DNA from: Candidatus Magasanikiibacteriota bacterium
GTDB lineage: Bacteria > Patescibacteriota > Patescibacteriia > Magasanikbacterales > GWA2-37-8
NCBI GenBank assembly: GCA_041665405.1
Contig: JBAYIZ010000001.1
Location: 90,618 to 154,617 of the forward strand
Reading direction: 5' to 3'
Length of the DNA stretch: 64,000 nt
Positions 1 to 9,779 of this stretch are shown piece by piece. The notes below the pieces were generated by a model. That model had not been told where the DNA came from and did no database searches. It saw nothing but the letters and a program-made list of their open reading frames with translations. The position numbers and the translations under genes were made by a program. Position 1 is the first letter of the stretch; each line of letters starts with the position of its first letter.

Positions 1-300
1 AATATCAATTCAGTAAAATCGGATGCTAAAATTCAATTGATAAAATCTTCTTATGCCCAAATCGAGGATGTTTCACCCAATGAATTTACAGTAAAAAAAG
101 GTCAGCCGGTAAAATGGGTGATTGCCATGAACGAGCCGCCGACCGGTTGTATGCACAATATAGTAATTCGCGAAATTGGTGTTTCGCAACCAATGAATCA
201 ATCAGGTGATACTATTGTTGAATTCACTCCAACCGAAACAGGTGATTTGTGGGTAACTTGTAGTATGGGAATTCATCGCGCTACTATTCATGTTGTTTAA
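1..300 (+). CDS. Cupredoxin-like (blue-copper type) domain protein, 5'-truncated by the window edge. The reading frame is open from position 1, and the TTG at 37 in the ORF track is probably internal.
   Basis: Frame 1 is open from nt 1. The C-terminal region carries Cys/His/Met motifs (TGCMHNIV ... CSMGIH) typical of type-1 copper sites. It sits immediately upstream of copZ/copA. Confidence 0.5.
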   Translation, partial: NINSVKSDAKIQLIKSSYAQIEDVSPNEFTVKKGQPVKWVIAMNEPPTGCMHNIVIREIGVSQPMNQSGDTIVEFTPTETGDLWVTCSMGIHRATIHVV

Positions 301-305
301 ATAAT

Positions 306-512
306 ATGTATAAACTAAATTTTAAAATTACCAATTTAGATTGTGAGGCATGTATAAAATTGAGTACATCGGCATTGAAAACACTGTCTAGTGTGCAGAC
401 GGTCAAGATTGATCTTAAATCGGGATTGGCTGAAGTGGAATCAAATCAGGAGTTGAATTGGGAGGATGTCAAAAAAAGTTTGGCGGAAGTAAGTAAAAAT
501 GCGGAAAAGTAA
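306..512 (+). CDS. copZ: Heavy-metal-associated (HMA) domain copper chaperone, CopZ-like
   Basis: 68 aa with a CxxC metal-binding motif (DCEAC) in the HMA position, directly upstream of the copper ATPase gene. Confidence 0.7.
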   Translation: MYKLNFKITNLDCEACIKLSTSALKTLSSVQTVKIDLKSGLAEVESNQELNWEDVKKSLAEVSKNAEK

Positions 513-533
513 TTTCTGATATAATTTAAAAAT

Positions 534-3473
534 ATGAGCAAGAAAATACATCTCAAAATTTCTGGCATGCATTGCGAATCATGTGAAAAAATAATTTCAG
601 CTGAATTGGCTGGCGTGCCAGGAATAATTAGTTCACATATCGATGCCAAAGCCGGAAACGGGATTGTGGAAGTGGAAGATTCAGTGGTAGAGAGCGCGGT
701 CGTAGCGGCCATCAAAGTGGCTGGCTATGATTCGGAAATTTTACAGATAGAAAAACCAGAAATTGTAGAACCTCCAATAATTTTTGAAAAAAAGATTGTC
801 GATAGTCAGGCACCATTTAGAGTAAAATTGGAATCATCTACAGTGGCCGATGGCAAAATCAGCACCAATAATGGCGAACCAAATTTTACCGGAAAAATTA
901 CTCAAAATAAAAAAGGAGAGTTTGAAATTCCTCAGGGTCGTAATGATTTGGAAAAGATAGTGCAAAATCTATTTGATGCATCAAAGATGGGACAGTTGTT
1001 TGGAATGTTATCAGGAGATTCACATCAAACGAATTCTGCGCCAGCTGATCATTCGACGCACAATTTGCCAACTACCGCTTCGGTCGCCGTAAAAAGCAAA
1101 ACTGGCGATGAAAGTATAAATCTCAGTTTAGGTGGAATGCATTGTGCTTCGTGCTCTCTTTTGATTGAAAAAAGTTTGAAAAAAGTTCCGGGTGTAAAAC
1201 AAGCGCATGTAAATTTTGCAGCAGAAAAAGCCAGAATTATTTTTGATTCCAGTAAAGCGACTGTTGATAATTTTATCAAGGCGGTCAAAGACGCGGGCTA
1301 TAGTGCCGAGCTGTCTAGTAGTGATCCAGAAATCGATCGTCAGAAAAAAGCACAGGAAATAAAAGCTTTGAAAAAGAAATTTTGGTTTAGTTTTGTCTTT
1401 AGTGTACCGATGCTATATTTCATGATGTTCGATTTTGCCTCTTTTTGGCCAGGACGAGCAGTCATGCCTTACATCGGAATTATTTCATTGGTCTTAACTT
1501 TGCCGGTGCAATTTATTATCGGTGCCGGATTTTACAAAGGATTATGGAGTGGGTTGAAAATGAAAATGTTCAACATGGACAGTCTGATTGCTATCGGTAC
1601 CAGTACTGCCTTTTTTTATAGTGTCTGGCAATTTATTAATTATTGGATAATAAACAAATCAATCATTGGATTGAATGGCGATAAAATTCCAGAATTATAT
1701 TTTGAAACTGCCGCCTTTTTAATAACCTTTGTAATTTTAGGCAAATGGTTGGAAGCACGGGCTAAAGGCGGAACTTCGGAAGCAATAAAAAAATTAATGG
1801 GAATGCAACCAAAAACTGCCCGCGTGATTCGCAGTGGTGTGGAAAAAGATTTGTCGCTTGATGAAGTTGTGGTTGGTGATGTGGTAGTAGTCCGTCCAGG
1901 AGAAAAAATTCCGGTTGACGGAGAAGTAGTAAAAGGTAGTTCGAGTGTTGATGAAAGTATGTTGACGGGCGAAAGTATTCCAGTTGAAAAAAATGTTGGT
2001 GATAAAGTGGTAGGTGCAACTATAAATAAACATGGTAGTTTTGAATTTAAAGTGACCAAAGTTGGACAAGAAACCGCTCTGTCGCAAATTATTCGCTTGA
2101 TTGAAGATGCTCAAGGAAGTAAAGCGCCGATTCAAAATTTGGCGGATAATATTTCCGGTTGGTTTGTGCCTGCAGTTTTAATTATTGCGGCTTTAACATT
2201 TGTGATTTGGTTTTTCTTCTTAGGAGCCGGACTGACATTTAGTTTGATGGCCTTCACATCGGTTATCGTGATTGCCTGTCCATGTGCTCTAGGTTTGGCA
2301 ACACCAACGGCAATCATGGTAGGTACTGGTAAAGGGGCAGAATATGGCGTGTTAATAAAAGGTGGTGAACCACTTGAAGCCGCCTGCAAAGTAAAAGTAA
2401 TCGTTTTCGATAAAACCGGTACATTGACCAACGGTACACCAGAAGTGACCGACATTGTTCCGATGGGTCACTATGATGAAGATGAGGTGATGATAATGGC
2501 GGCGGGACTGGAGAAAACTTCCGAACATCCTTTGGCTGAAGCAATTATAAAATATACTCAAGAAGAATCAATTTTATTTGAGAGTGCGACAAATTTTAAA
2601 GCCATTCCTGGTCATGGAGTGGAAGGTACGATCAATGGTAAAAAATATTATTTTGGCAATCGAAAATTAATGACGGATGTGGTCAAAATTAGCATTGAAA
2701 ATGTAGAACGCAAAATGCGCAAACTCGAAGATGCAGGAAAGACTGCAATGATATTGGCCAATGAAACGGAAGTGATGGGGTTGATAGCCGTGGCGGATAC
2801 TATCAAAGAGAGTTCACTTGAAGCTGTACAACAACTTCAAAAACGTGGTTTACAAGTTTATATGATTACCGGCGACAACCGTCGTACTGCAGAAGCAATC
2901 GCCAAACAAGCGGGTATAAAAAATGTTTTGGCCGAAGTGTTGCCTCAAGATAAAGCCAATGAGATTAAAAAATTACAAACCAATTTAGCAACGACGACTG
3001 GCAAGTCGGAGTCCCGACTCATAGTCGGGATGGTGGGTGATGGTATCAATGATGCACCAGCTTTGGCTCAAGCTGACGTTGGCATTGCGATGGGGTCAGG
3101 GACTGATGTGGCGATGGAAACAGGTGGCATTGTAATTATCAAAAATGATTTGCGTGATGTACTCACCGCGATAGATTTGAGTAAAGAAACGATGGGCAAA
3201 GTAAAACAGAATATGTTTTTCGCTTTATTATATAATGTGATTGGTATTCCGATTGCGGCACGTATCTTTGTTTCATTTGGTTTGGTTCTCAAGCCAGAAT
3301 TAGCCGGACTGGCGATGGCTTTTAGTTCCATCTCAGTAGTTTCCAATTCGTTGTTACTCAAAAATTTTCGGCCAGGCAAAAGAAATTGGATTTCTATGAT
3401 GGCTCCGATAATTATGGTTATAATTTTTACTTTTATATTTTTGCAGTTTGGGCGATTGAGTGGAATGAAATAA
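534..3473 (+). CDS. copA: Copper-translocating P-type ATPase (P1B-type) with two N-terminal HMA domains
   Basis: [11 protein letters not shown] and [12 protein letters not shown] (two MxCxxC HMA motifs), CPC motif ([11 protein letters not shown]), DKTGT phosphorylation site (FDKTGTLT), and hinge [10 protein letters not shown]. 979 aa. Confidence 0.93.
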   Translation: MSKKIHLKISGMHCESCEKIISAELAGVPGIISSHIDAKAGNGIVEVEDSVVESAVVAAIKVAGYDSEILQIEKPEIVEPPIIFEKKIVDSQAPFRVKLESSTVADGKISTNNGEPNFTGKITQNKKGEFEIPQGRNDLEKIVQNLFDASKMGQLFGMLSGDSHQTNSAPADHSTHNLPTTASVAVKSKTGDESINLSLGGMHCASCSLLIEKSLKKVPGVKQAHVNFAAEKARIIFDSSKATVDNFIKAVKDAGYSAELSSSDPEIDRQKKAQEIKALKKKFWFSFVFSVPMLYFMMFDFASFWPGRAVMPYIGIISLVLTLPVQFIIGAGFYKGLWSGLKMKMFNMDSLIAIGTSTAFFYSVWQFINYWIINKSIIGLNGDKIPELYFETAAFLITFVILGKWLEARAKGGTSEAIKKLMGMQPKTARVIRSGVEKDLSLDEVVVGDVVVVRPGEKIPVDGEVVKGSSSVDESMLTGESIPVEKNVGDKVVGATINKHGSFEFKVTKVGQETALSQIIRLIEDAQGSKAPIQNLADNISGWFVPAVLIIAALTFVIWFFFLGAGLTFSLMAFTSVIVIACPCALGLATPTAIMVGTGKGAEYGVLIKGGEPLEAACKVKVIVFDKTGTLTNGTPEVTDIVPMGHYDEDEVMIMAAGLEKTSEHPLAEAIIKYTQEESILFESATNFKAIPGHGVEGTINGKKYYFGNRKLMTDVVKISIENVERKMRKLEDAGKTAMILANETEVMGLIAVADTIKESSLEAVQQLQKRGLQVYMITGDNRRTAEAIAKQAGIKNVLAEVLPQDKANEIKKLQTNLATTTGKSESRLIVGMVGDGINDAPALAQADVGIAMGSGTDVAMETGGIVIIKNDLRDVLTAIDLSKETMGKVKQNMFFALLYNVIGIPIAARIFVSFGLVLKPELAGLAMAFSSISVVSNSLLLKNFRPGKRNWISMMAPIIMVIIFTFIFLQFGRLSGMK

Positions 3474-3542
3474 AATAGGTATTTGAGCGTTTCCAAGCCA
3501 CATTAGGCTTGTAATTATTTATCTATTATGATAATATAAGCA

Positions 3543-3570
3543 GGCCTAAATCAGGCCTGTTTTTGTTTAA
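3543..3570 (+). terminator. Intrinsic terminator after copA
   Basis: Hairpin CAGGCCT-AAATC-AGGCCTG followed by TTTTTG. Confidence 0.55.
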
Positions 3571-3583
3571 ATATTGAGATATT

Positions 3584-6376
3584 ATGTCATTTTTTACAAA
3601 ATTATTTGGCGATCCAAACGCCAAAGCAGTAAAAGAAATTTTGCCCATTGTTGAACAGGTGAATGCTTTTGAGGTAGAAATACAGAAGTTGTCTTTGGAA
3701 CAATTGAAAAATAAAACTACTGAATTCAAAGAACGTCTTGTCAAAGGTGAAACTCTAGAAGATCTATTACCAGAGGCTTTTGCGGTCGTTCGTGAAACTT
3801 CCAAGCGTGTCACCGGCATGCGTCATTTTGACGTTCAGCTTATCGGTGGTATTGCTTTGCATCGAGGCCAAATTTCTGAAATGCGCACGGGTGAAGGTAA
3901 AACTTTGGTAGCTACTTTGCCAATATATTTGAATGCACTCGCTGGACGAGGTGTTCATTTGGTAACGGTCAATGATTATTTGGCCAAACGTGATGCTGTT
4001 TGGATGAGTCAGATTTATGATGCTCTTGGTTTGAGTGTTGGTATTATTCAACAACAATTGGTTTCATATAAATACAATCCAAACAAGTTAAAAATTTTGG
4101 ATGTAAATGGTCAGGATGCGATGAGTGAAGGTGGTTCGATAGACAAAGAACGTGATGCCAAAGGAGCATACAAAGTAGAATATGAATATTTGGAAACTTG
4201 TTCTCGAAAAGAAGCCTATGCTTGTGATATCACATATGGGACCAACAATGAATTTGGTTTTGATTATTTGCGTGACAATATGGTGGGCAGTCTGGAAGAA
4301 ATGTCTCAGCGCCCATTTTATTTTGCTATCGTCGATGAAGTCGATTCTATTTTGATTGACGAAGCACGTACCCCATTAATTATTTCTGCCCCCGCAGAAG
4401 AAGCGGCCGAGATGTATTATAAGTTTGCGGAAATTGTGGCACGAATGGAATTGGACGTAGATTATAATGTTGATGAAAAAATGCGCGCTTCTACTTTGAC
4501 AGAAGCCGGTTTGAAAAAAGTAGAACAAGCGCTGAATGTAGAAAATATTTATGCCGAAGGCGGTATGACGATGGTGCACCACATCGAACAGGCTTTGCGT
4601 GCACGGGCATTGTTCAAACGAGACCGCGATTATGTAGTAGATAATGGAGAAGTTATCATCGTGGATGAATTTACCGGACGTAAAATGCCAGGCCGTCGTT
4701 ATAGCGAAGGTTTACATCAAGCTATCGAGGCACAAGAGCATGTAAAAATTCAGCGCGAAAGTCAAACTATGGCGACTATTACTTTCCAAAATTATTTCCG
4801 TTTGTATGAGAAGTTGGCTGGTATGACGGGTACGGCTGTTACGGAAGCGGAGGAATTTGCCAAGATTTATAAACTAGAAGTAGTGGTAATTCCAACCAAC
4901 AAAGATAATTTGCGTGTTGATCATCCAGATAGAATTTACAAAACTGAAGAAACAAAATATAAAGCCATCGCGCAAACTGTAAAGGAACTACAAAAAAAGG
5001 GACAGCCGGTTTTAATAGGTACTATTTCGGTAGAAAAAAATGAAGAATTGAGTTTGTACCTAGAACGCGAAGGCATCACACATGAAATTTTGAATGCGAA
5101 AAACCATGAGCGTGAAGGTGAAATTATCGCTCAAGCTGGACGAGCGGGAGCAGTAACTTTGGCTACCAATATGGCTGGTCGTGGTGTGGATATTATTTTA
5201 GGTGGCAATCCACCAGATAAGACAGAAGGTGACAAAGTACGTGCTGTGGGTGGATTATTTGTGATTGGTACCGAACGTCACGAAAGTCGTCGTATTGATA
5301 ATCAGTTGCGCGGTCGTGCGGCTCGTCAGGGTGACTCAGGTGAGACTCAGTTTTATCTATCTACTCAAGATGACTTGATGCGTATTTTTGCCGGTGATAG
5401 AATTCGCAGTGTGATGCAAACTTTGCGTGTGCCAGATGATATGCCGATTGAACAACGCTCGATTACCAAAATTATTGAATCTGCTCAGAAAAAAGTAGAA
5501 GGTTTTAATTTTGATTCTCGTAAACACTTGCTCGAATATGATGATGTGTTGAATCGTCATCGTGAAGTGGTGTATGGAAAACGTCGCCTAGTTTTGGAAT
5601 TGTTTGATAAACAAAAAAACAACGCTGTCACAGGAACTGTCATCCCCGTGAAAACGGGGATTCTTGAGGAAGAAAAGACCCTGCAATCTTTGATTTTGGA
5701 TATGATGGAAGCGGAAATAGAGCAGATTGTTTCGTTTCACACCAACACCGAAGACAAACACGAATGGAATATCAAAGAAATTGCTGAAGTGGTTGGTACT
5801 ATTTATCCAATAACTGAAGAAGAAAAAAATATCATATTAAATTTTGGCGAACACGGCGAACAAAAAATGCAAGCGGTGATTGAGCGCACCCATATTATTG
5901 AATATTTGACTCAATTAGCTAAAGAAAAATACCAGAAACTATTAGTAGCCAGAATTGACAATAAGGATTTACAGATTGAAATGGAAAAACAAATTTTATT
6001 ACGTTCAATGGACATGCTTTGGATTGATCATTTGGTAGCTGTAGATTATTTGCGCACCGGTATCGGTTTGCGCGGATATGGCCAACGTGATCCATTGGTT
6101 GAATACAAAAAAGAGACGTACCAGATGTTTAACGAGTTGCTTTCTGCCATGCAACATGAAGTGGTGTATGCGATTTTTAAAGTAAGTATCGGAATGGATA
6201 TGGCGCCAAGTGTAATGAAGAAAAATAATTTAATTTTCAAAGGTGCAGTACATGAGGGTGAAGTGGTGGATATAAATACCAAAGTTAAAAATGAACAGGG
6301 CGAAAAAATTGGCCGCAACGAACCATGCCCGTGTGGGAGTGGGAAGAAGTTTAAGAAGTGTCATATGAATGTTTAG
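3584..6376 (+). CDS. secA: Preprotein translocase ATPase SecA
   Basis: 930 aa. SecA N-terminus (MSFFTKLFGDPNAK...), DEAD-like motor motifs (DEVDSILIDEARTPLIIS), and the C-terminal Zn-binding CPCGSGKKFKKCH. Confidence 0.95.
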   Translation: MSFFTKLFGDPNAKAVKEILPIVEQVNAFEVEIQKLSLEQLKNKTTEFKERLVKGETLEDLLPEAFAVVRETSKRVTGMRHFDVQLIGGIALHRGQISEMRTGEGKTLVATLPIYLNALAGRGVHLVTVNDYLAKRDAVWMSQIYDALGLSVGIIQQQLVSYKYNPNKLKILDVNGQDAMSEGGSIDKERDAKGAYKVEYEYLETCSRKEAYACDITYGTNNEFGFDYLRDNMVGSLEEMSQRPFYFAIVDEVDSILIDEARTPLIISAPAEEAAEMYYKFAEIVARMELDVDYNVDEKMRASTLTEAGLKKVEQALNVENIYAEGGMTMVHHIEQALRARALFKRDRDYVVDNGEVIIVDEFTGRKMPGRRYSEGLHQAIEAQEHVKIQRESQTMATITFQNYFRLYEKLAGMTGTAVTEAEEFAKIYKLEVVVIPTNKDNLRVDHPDRIYKTEETKYKAIAQTVKELQKKGQPVLIGTISVEKNEELSLYLEREGITHEILNAKNHEREGEIIAQAGRAGAVTLATNMAGRGVDIILGGNPPDKTEGDKVRAVGGLFVIGTERHESRRIDNQLRGRAARQGDSGETQFYLSTQDDLMRIFAGDRIRSVMQTLRVPDDMPIEQRSITKIIESAQKKVEGFNFDSRKHLLEYDDVLNRHREVVYGKRRLVLELFDKQKNNAVTGTVIPVKTGILEEEKTLQSLILDMMEAEIEQIVSFHTNTEDKHEWNIKEIAEVVGTIYPITEEEKNIILNFGEHGEQKMQAVIERTHIIEYLTQLAKEKYQKLLVARIDNKDLQIEMEKQILLRSMDMLWIDHLVAVDYLRTGIGLRGYGQRDPLVEYKKETYQMFNELLSAMQHEVVYAIFKVSIGMDMAPSVMKKNNLIFKGAVHEGEVVDINTKVKNEQGEKIGRNEPCPCGSGKKFKKCHMNV
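5638..5663. repeat. GNRA-capped hairpin TCATCCCCGTG-AAAA-CGGGGAT embedded in-frame in secA. It belongs to a small repeat family also seen at 12574-12635, 42186-42205 and 46350-46374.
   Basis: Near-identical to the 12574-12597 copy over 24 of 26 nt, with a compensatory C-G to T-A change that preserves the stem. It encodes IPVKTGI within the SecA ORF. Confidence 0.45.
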
Positions 6377-6387
6377 ACAAAAAAGAG

Positions 6388-6412
6388 CCTTCAGTGGCTC
6401 TTTTTAAAAGCT
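6388..6412 (+). terminator. Intrinsic terminator after secA
   Basis: AAAAAGAGCC-TTCAGT-GGCTCTTTTT hairpin followed by a T-run. Confidence 0.6.
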
Positions 6413-6496
6413 TTTATCCACTTGCCAAAATATCGGAAAAGGGGTAGAATTTGGCTGTTTAATTCTGCTTATAAAATTATTAAATTTATCTAATTT

Positions 6497-8569
6497 ATGG
6501 CTAAGAATGCAAAACCGGTCGTCAGTTTGTCCCGTTCTCAGATAAAGTGGAGAGTATTGTGGATTGGTATATTATTGGTTGTTTGTGGGCTCATTGTGGC
6601 TCCAACTTATGCTAACAAAGGTGTTGATTGGGTAAACAACAAAGTTAATTTAGGTTTGCCACGTTTGCCAGACAAAGGCTTCAATTTAGGCCTAGATTTG
6701 CAAGGTGGCGCTCATTTGGTTTACCAAGCAGATACCACACAGGTGCCAGATGCCGATCGTGTTGACGCAGTTGAAGGTGTACGTGATGTTATCGAACGTC
6801 GTGTACGCGGTGGTCTAGGTGTTGCTGAACCATTGGTGCAAACTACCAAAGTCGGTGAGGATTTTCGTATCATCGTTGAATTGCCAGGTGTGACTGATGT
6901 AAATACTGCTATTAAAATGATCGGTGAAACTCCAGTTTTGGAATTCAAAGAAGAAAACAACGAACCTCCACGTACTTTAACTACGGAAGAAAAGAAACAA
7001 ATGGATGATTTCAACAAAGCGGCAGACAAAACAGCCAAACTTGCTTTGAAAGAAGTAGTGAGTGGTGTAGATTTTGCCACTGTGGTTTCCAAATATACTC
7101 AAGATGAAAAAAGTAAAAACAATGGTGGCGATTTAGGTTTTGTTACAGAAACACTTTATCCAGAAATTTTTACTTGGGCTAGTACCCATAAGGATGGTGA
7201 AGTAAGTAAAGAGTTGGTAAAAAGTTTTGAAGGCTTAAATATTTTAAAAAGAATTGGTGAACGTCAAGGTGAAAAACAAGTTGACGCGGCTCATATCTTG
7301 GTTTGTTATAAAGGTGCCGAGCGTTGTGATAACCCACTATATACTCAAGAAGAAGCCAAAACTAAAATTACTGAACTGAAAGCGAAAGCCAATGCTGAAA
7401 ACTTTTCTCAATTGGCCAAAGAATTTTCTACTGAACCAAATGCAAAAACAAGTGGTGGTGATTTAGGTAAATTTGGCAAAGGTCAAATGGTGCCTGAATT
7501 TGAAACGGCTGTTTGGGATGCACCAGTAGGTACTATTTCAGCTGTGGTAGAAACACAGTTTGGCTATCATATTATTTATAAGAAAGGCGAAGATTTTGCC
7601 AAAGAATATCAAGTGGCTCGTGTGTTTATTAAAACACAGCAAGAAGCTGATATTGTACCTCCAACAGATCAATGGAAAACCACCGGTTTGTCTGGTAAAC
7701 AGTTGAAACGAGCAGAAGTAACTCAGGATTCACAGACTGGTCAGACTCAGGTAAATTTGAATTTTGATGAAAATGGTACAAAACTATTTGCTGAAATAAC
7801 TGCAAGAAATGTTGGTAAACCGGTGGCTATTTATTTGGATGGTCAGCCAATTAGTATTCCAAAAGTAAATGAAGCAATCACAAGTGGTAGTGCAGTAATA
7901 TCTGGTGGATTTACTTTACTCGAAGCCAAACAACTTTCTCAAAGATTGAATTCTGGCGCATTGCCAGTGCCAGTTGAGTTGATTAGTCAACAAAAAGTAG
8001 ACGCTACTTTGGGTGTTGATTCATTGACCAAAAGTTTCCATGCTGGTTTGATTGGTTTGCTGGGCGTGATGTTATTCATGGTTATTTATTATCGTTTTCC
8101 AGGTTTGTTATCTGTATTTTCTTTGATAGTTTATGCATTACTAAGTTTGGCTACTTTCAAATTATTGGGAGTGACCATCACTTTGTCTGGTATCGCCGGT
8201 TTTATCTTGTCTATTGGTATGGCTGTGGACACCAACGTTTTGGTGTTTGAACGTCTAAAAGAAGAATTACGTTCTGGTAAAAATTTACATTCCGCTTCCG
8301 AGGAATCGTTCCGTCGCTCTTGGCCGTCTATTCGTGATGGTCATATTGCTACTTTGGTAAGTTGTGTATTCTTGGTCTGGTTTGGTACTGGTTTTGTGCA
8401 AGGTTTTGCTGTGACGTTGGCCATTGGTGTGTTGTTCAGTTTGTTCACCGCTATTGTGGCTACTCGCGCTGTCTCACGTCTGATTTTCAAATTCTTTAGC
8501 GAATATGGTAATTGGATGTTTTTGGGCCATGTTAAACCAGATTCTTCTTCTGAAATTATAAACAAATAA
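6497..8569 (+). CDS. secD: Protein-export membrane protein SecD carrying an inserted parvulin-type (PpiC) peptidyl-prolyl isomerase module in the periplasmic P1 head
   Basis: SecD motifs (GLDLQGGAHLVYQ..., VELPGVTDV..., and after aa ~400 TGLSGKQL...VAIYLDGQPISIPKV..., followed by 6 TM helices). Between aa ~155 and ~395 (nt ~6960-7680) there are parvulin signatures: GGDLGFV... and AAHILV...SGGDLGKFGKGQMVPEFE...TQFGYHIIYK. Confidence 0.85.
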   Translation: MAKNAKPVVSLSRSQIKWRVLWIGILLVVCGLIVAPTYANKGVDWVNNKVNLGLPRLPDKGFNLGLDLQGGAHLVYQADTTQVPDADRVDAVEGVRDVIERRVRGGLGVAEPLVQTTKVGEDFRIIVELPGVTDVNTAIKMIGETPVLEFKEENNEPPRTLTTEEKKQMDDFNKAADKTAKLALKEVVSGVDFATVVSKYTQDEKSKNNGGDLGFVTETLYPEIFTWASTHKDGEVSKELVKSFEGLNILKRIGERQGEKQVDAAHILVCYKGAERCDNPLYTQEEAKTKITELKAKANAENFSQLAKEFSTEPNAKTSGGDLGKFGKGQMVPEFETAVWDAPVGTISAVVETQFGYHIIYKKGEDFAKEYQVARVFIKTQQEADIVPPTDQWKTTGLSGKQLKRAEVTQDSQTGQTQVNLNFDENGTKLFAEITARNVGKPVAIYLDGQPISIPKVNEAITSGSAVISGGFTLLEAKQLSQRLNSGALPVPVELISQQKVDATLGVDSLTKSFHAGLIGLLGVMLFMVIYYRFPGLLSVFSLIVYALLSLATFKLLGVTITLSGIAGFILSIGMAVDTNVLVFERLKEELRSGKNLHSASEESFRRSWPSIRDGHIATLVSCVFLVWFGTGFVQGFAVTLAIGVLFSLFTAIVATRAVSRLIFKFFSEYGNWMFLGHVKPDSSSEIINK

Positions 8570-8571
8570 TT

Positions 8572-9489
8572 ATGACTATACCATTTATAAAATATTCTAA
8601 ATATCTATTAGCTGTGAGTGCAATCGTGACAGTCATCAGTTTGGCTTCATTATTCACTTGGGGTTTAAAACCTGGTATTGATTTTACTGGTGGTTCATTG
8701 CTTGAAATTAGTTTCAGTCAAACTCGTCCAGATAATCAAGTTATGGAACAGGCATTTGCTGATCTTGATCATAAAAATATCGTAATTCAAAAAACTGGAG
8801 AAAAAGGGATGATTATTCGAACAGCCTTTTTGCCAGAAAATGAGCATCAAACTGTTTTAAAAGGTTTGCGTACACAATTTGAAAAAGACGGAAACACATT
8901 GCGTGAAGATCAGTTTCAAACAATTGGCGCCGCCGTTAGTAAACAATTACGTCAGCGTTCTATCTGGGCAGTATTTTTGGTCATTGTAAGTATTATTGCT
9001 TTTGTGGCGTATGCATTCCGTACTGTATCATTCCCAGTAGCTAGTTGGAAATATGGTGTGACTGCTATTATTGCCGCTTCACATGATGTGTTGTTGGTAA
9101 TTGGTGTTTTTGCTTTCTTGGGACATTATAATAATGTAGAAGTAGATATTGGTTTTGTGGTGGCTTTATTGACCGTATTGGGTTATTCAGTACAGGATAC
9201 TATTGTAGTGTATGATCGTATCCGTGAAAATTTATTACGTCGTCGTAATGTTAGTTTTAGAGAAATGGTAGATATTGGTTTGAATGAAACTTTGATGCGC
9301 TCAATTAATACTACATTAATTACCATGATTCCTCTTTCTGCCTTGTACTTCTTTGGTGGAGCAACAATCAAGAATTTTGCTTTGGCTCTATTGATTGGTA
9401 TCGCTAGTGGTGCTTATTCTTCCATTTTTGTGGCCAGCCCGTTGTTGGCTTATGTAGATAAATGGCAGAGAAATAAAGCTACAAAATAA
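8572..9489 (+). CDS. secF: Protein-export membrane protein SecF
   Basis: 305 aa starting 3 nt after the secD stop. N-terminal TM helix, periplasmic domain, C-terminal TM bundle typical of SecF. Confidence 0.85.
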   Translation: MTIPFIKYSKYLLAVSAIVTVISLASLFTWGLKPGIDFTGGSLLEISFSQTRPDNQVMEQAFADLDHKNIVIQKTGEKGMIIRTAFLPENEHQTVLKGLRTQFEKDGNTLREDQFQTIGAAVSKQLRQRSIWAVFLVIVSIIAFVAYAFRTVSFPVASWKYGVTAIIAASHDVLLVIGVFAFLGHYNNVEVDIGFVVALLTVLGYSVQDTIVVYDRIRENLLRRRNVSFREMVDIGLNETLMRSINTTLITMIPLSALYFFGGATIKNFALALLIGIASGAYSSIFVASPLLAYVDKWQRNKATK

Positions 9490-9507
9490 TACTAAAGATT
9501 CAAAAAC

Positions 9508-9540
9508 TCTCTCGCTTAAATCGGGGGAGTTTTTTCTTTT
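9508..9540 (+). terminator. Intrinsic terminator after secF
   Basis: ACTCTC-TCGCTTAAATCGG-GGGAGT hairpin followed by TTTTTTC. Confidence 0.5.
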
Positions 9541-9599
9541 TATCATTTTATGCTATACTATCTAGTAGTATAGTTAGAATTAATTTAGAATTTTTTAAT

Positions 9600-9776
9600 A
9601 TGTCTGGTCACGGTCATAGCGAAAGTGGTATCCGCCATATGATTGCCTTTCTAGGCACATTGGTGACAGTGTTTGCCTTTTGGGGAGGTTATGTTTCGGG
9701 CGCCCAGGGTTGGTGGTGGACAGCTTTTGGTTTGATAATTGTTTACGGTGGAATATATAAAATTATCGACAATTAA
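9600..9776 (+). CDS. Small (58 aa) two-TM membrane protein, below the ORF-track length cutoff
   Basis: ATG at 9600 and stop at 9774-9776. Product MSGHGHSESGIRHMIAFLGTLVTVFAFWGGYVSGAQGWWWTAFGLIIVYGGIYKIIDN. Ends 3 nt before the 9780 ORF, suggesting operon coupling. Confidence 0.4.
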   Translation: MSGHGHSESGIRHMIAFLGTLVTVFAFWGGYVSGAQGWWWTAFGLIIVYGGIYKIIDN

Positions 9777-9779
9777 TCT

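Noticed and set aside
1049-3496. Multiple short minus-strand ORFs overlapping copA (for example 1640-2059, 2132-2455, 3068-3496), and the similar ORFs 3526-3819 and 3767-4057 overlapping the secA start
   Set aside because: They are fully embedded in or antisense to high-confidence conserved genes. They lack ribosome-binding sites and have low-complexity products.
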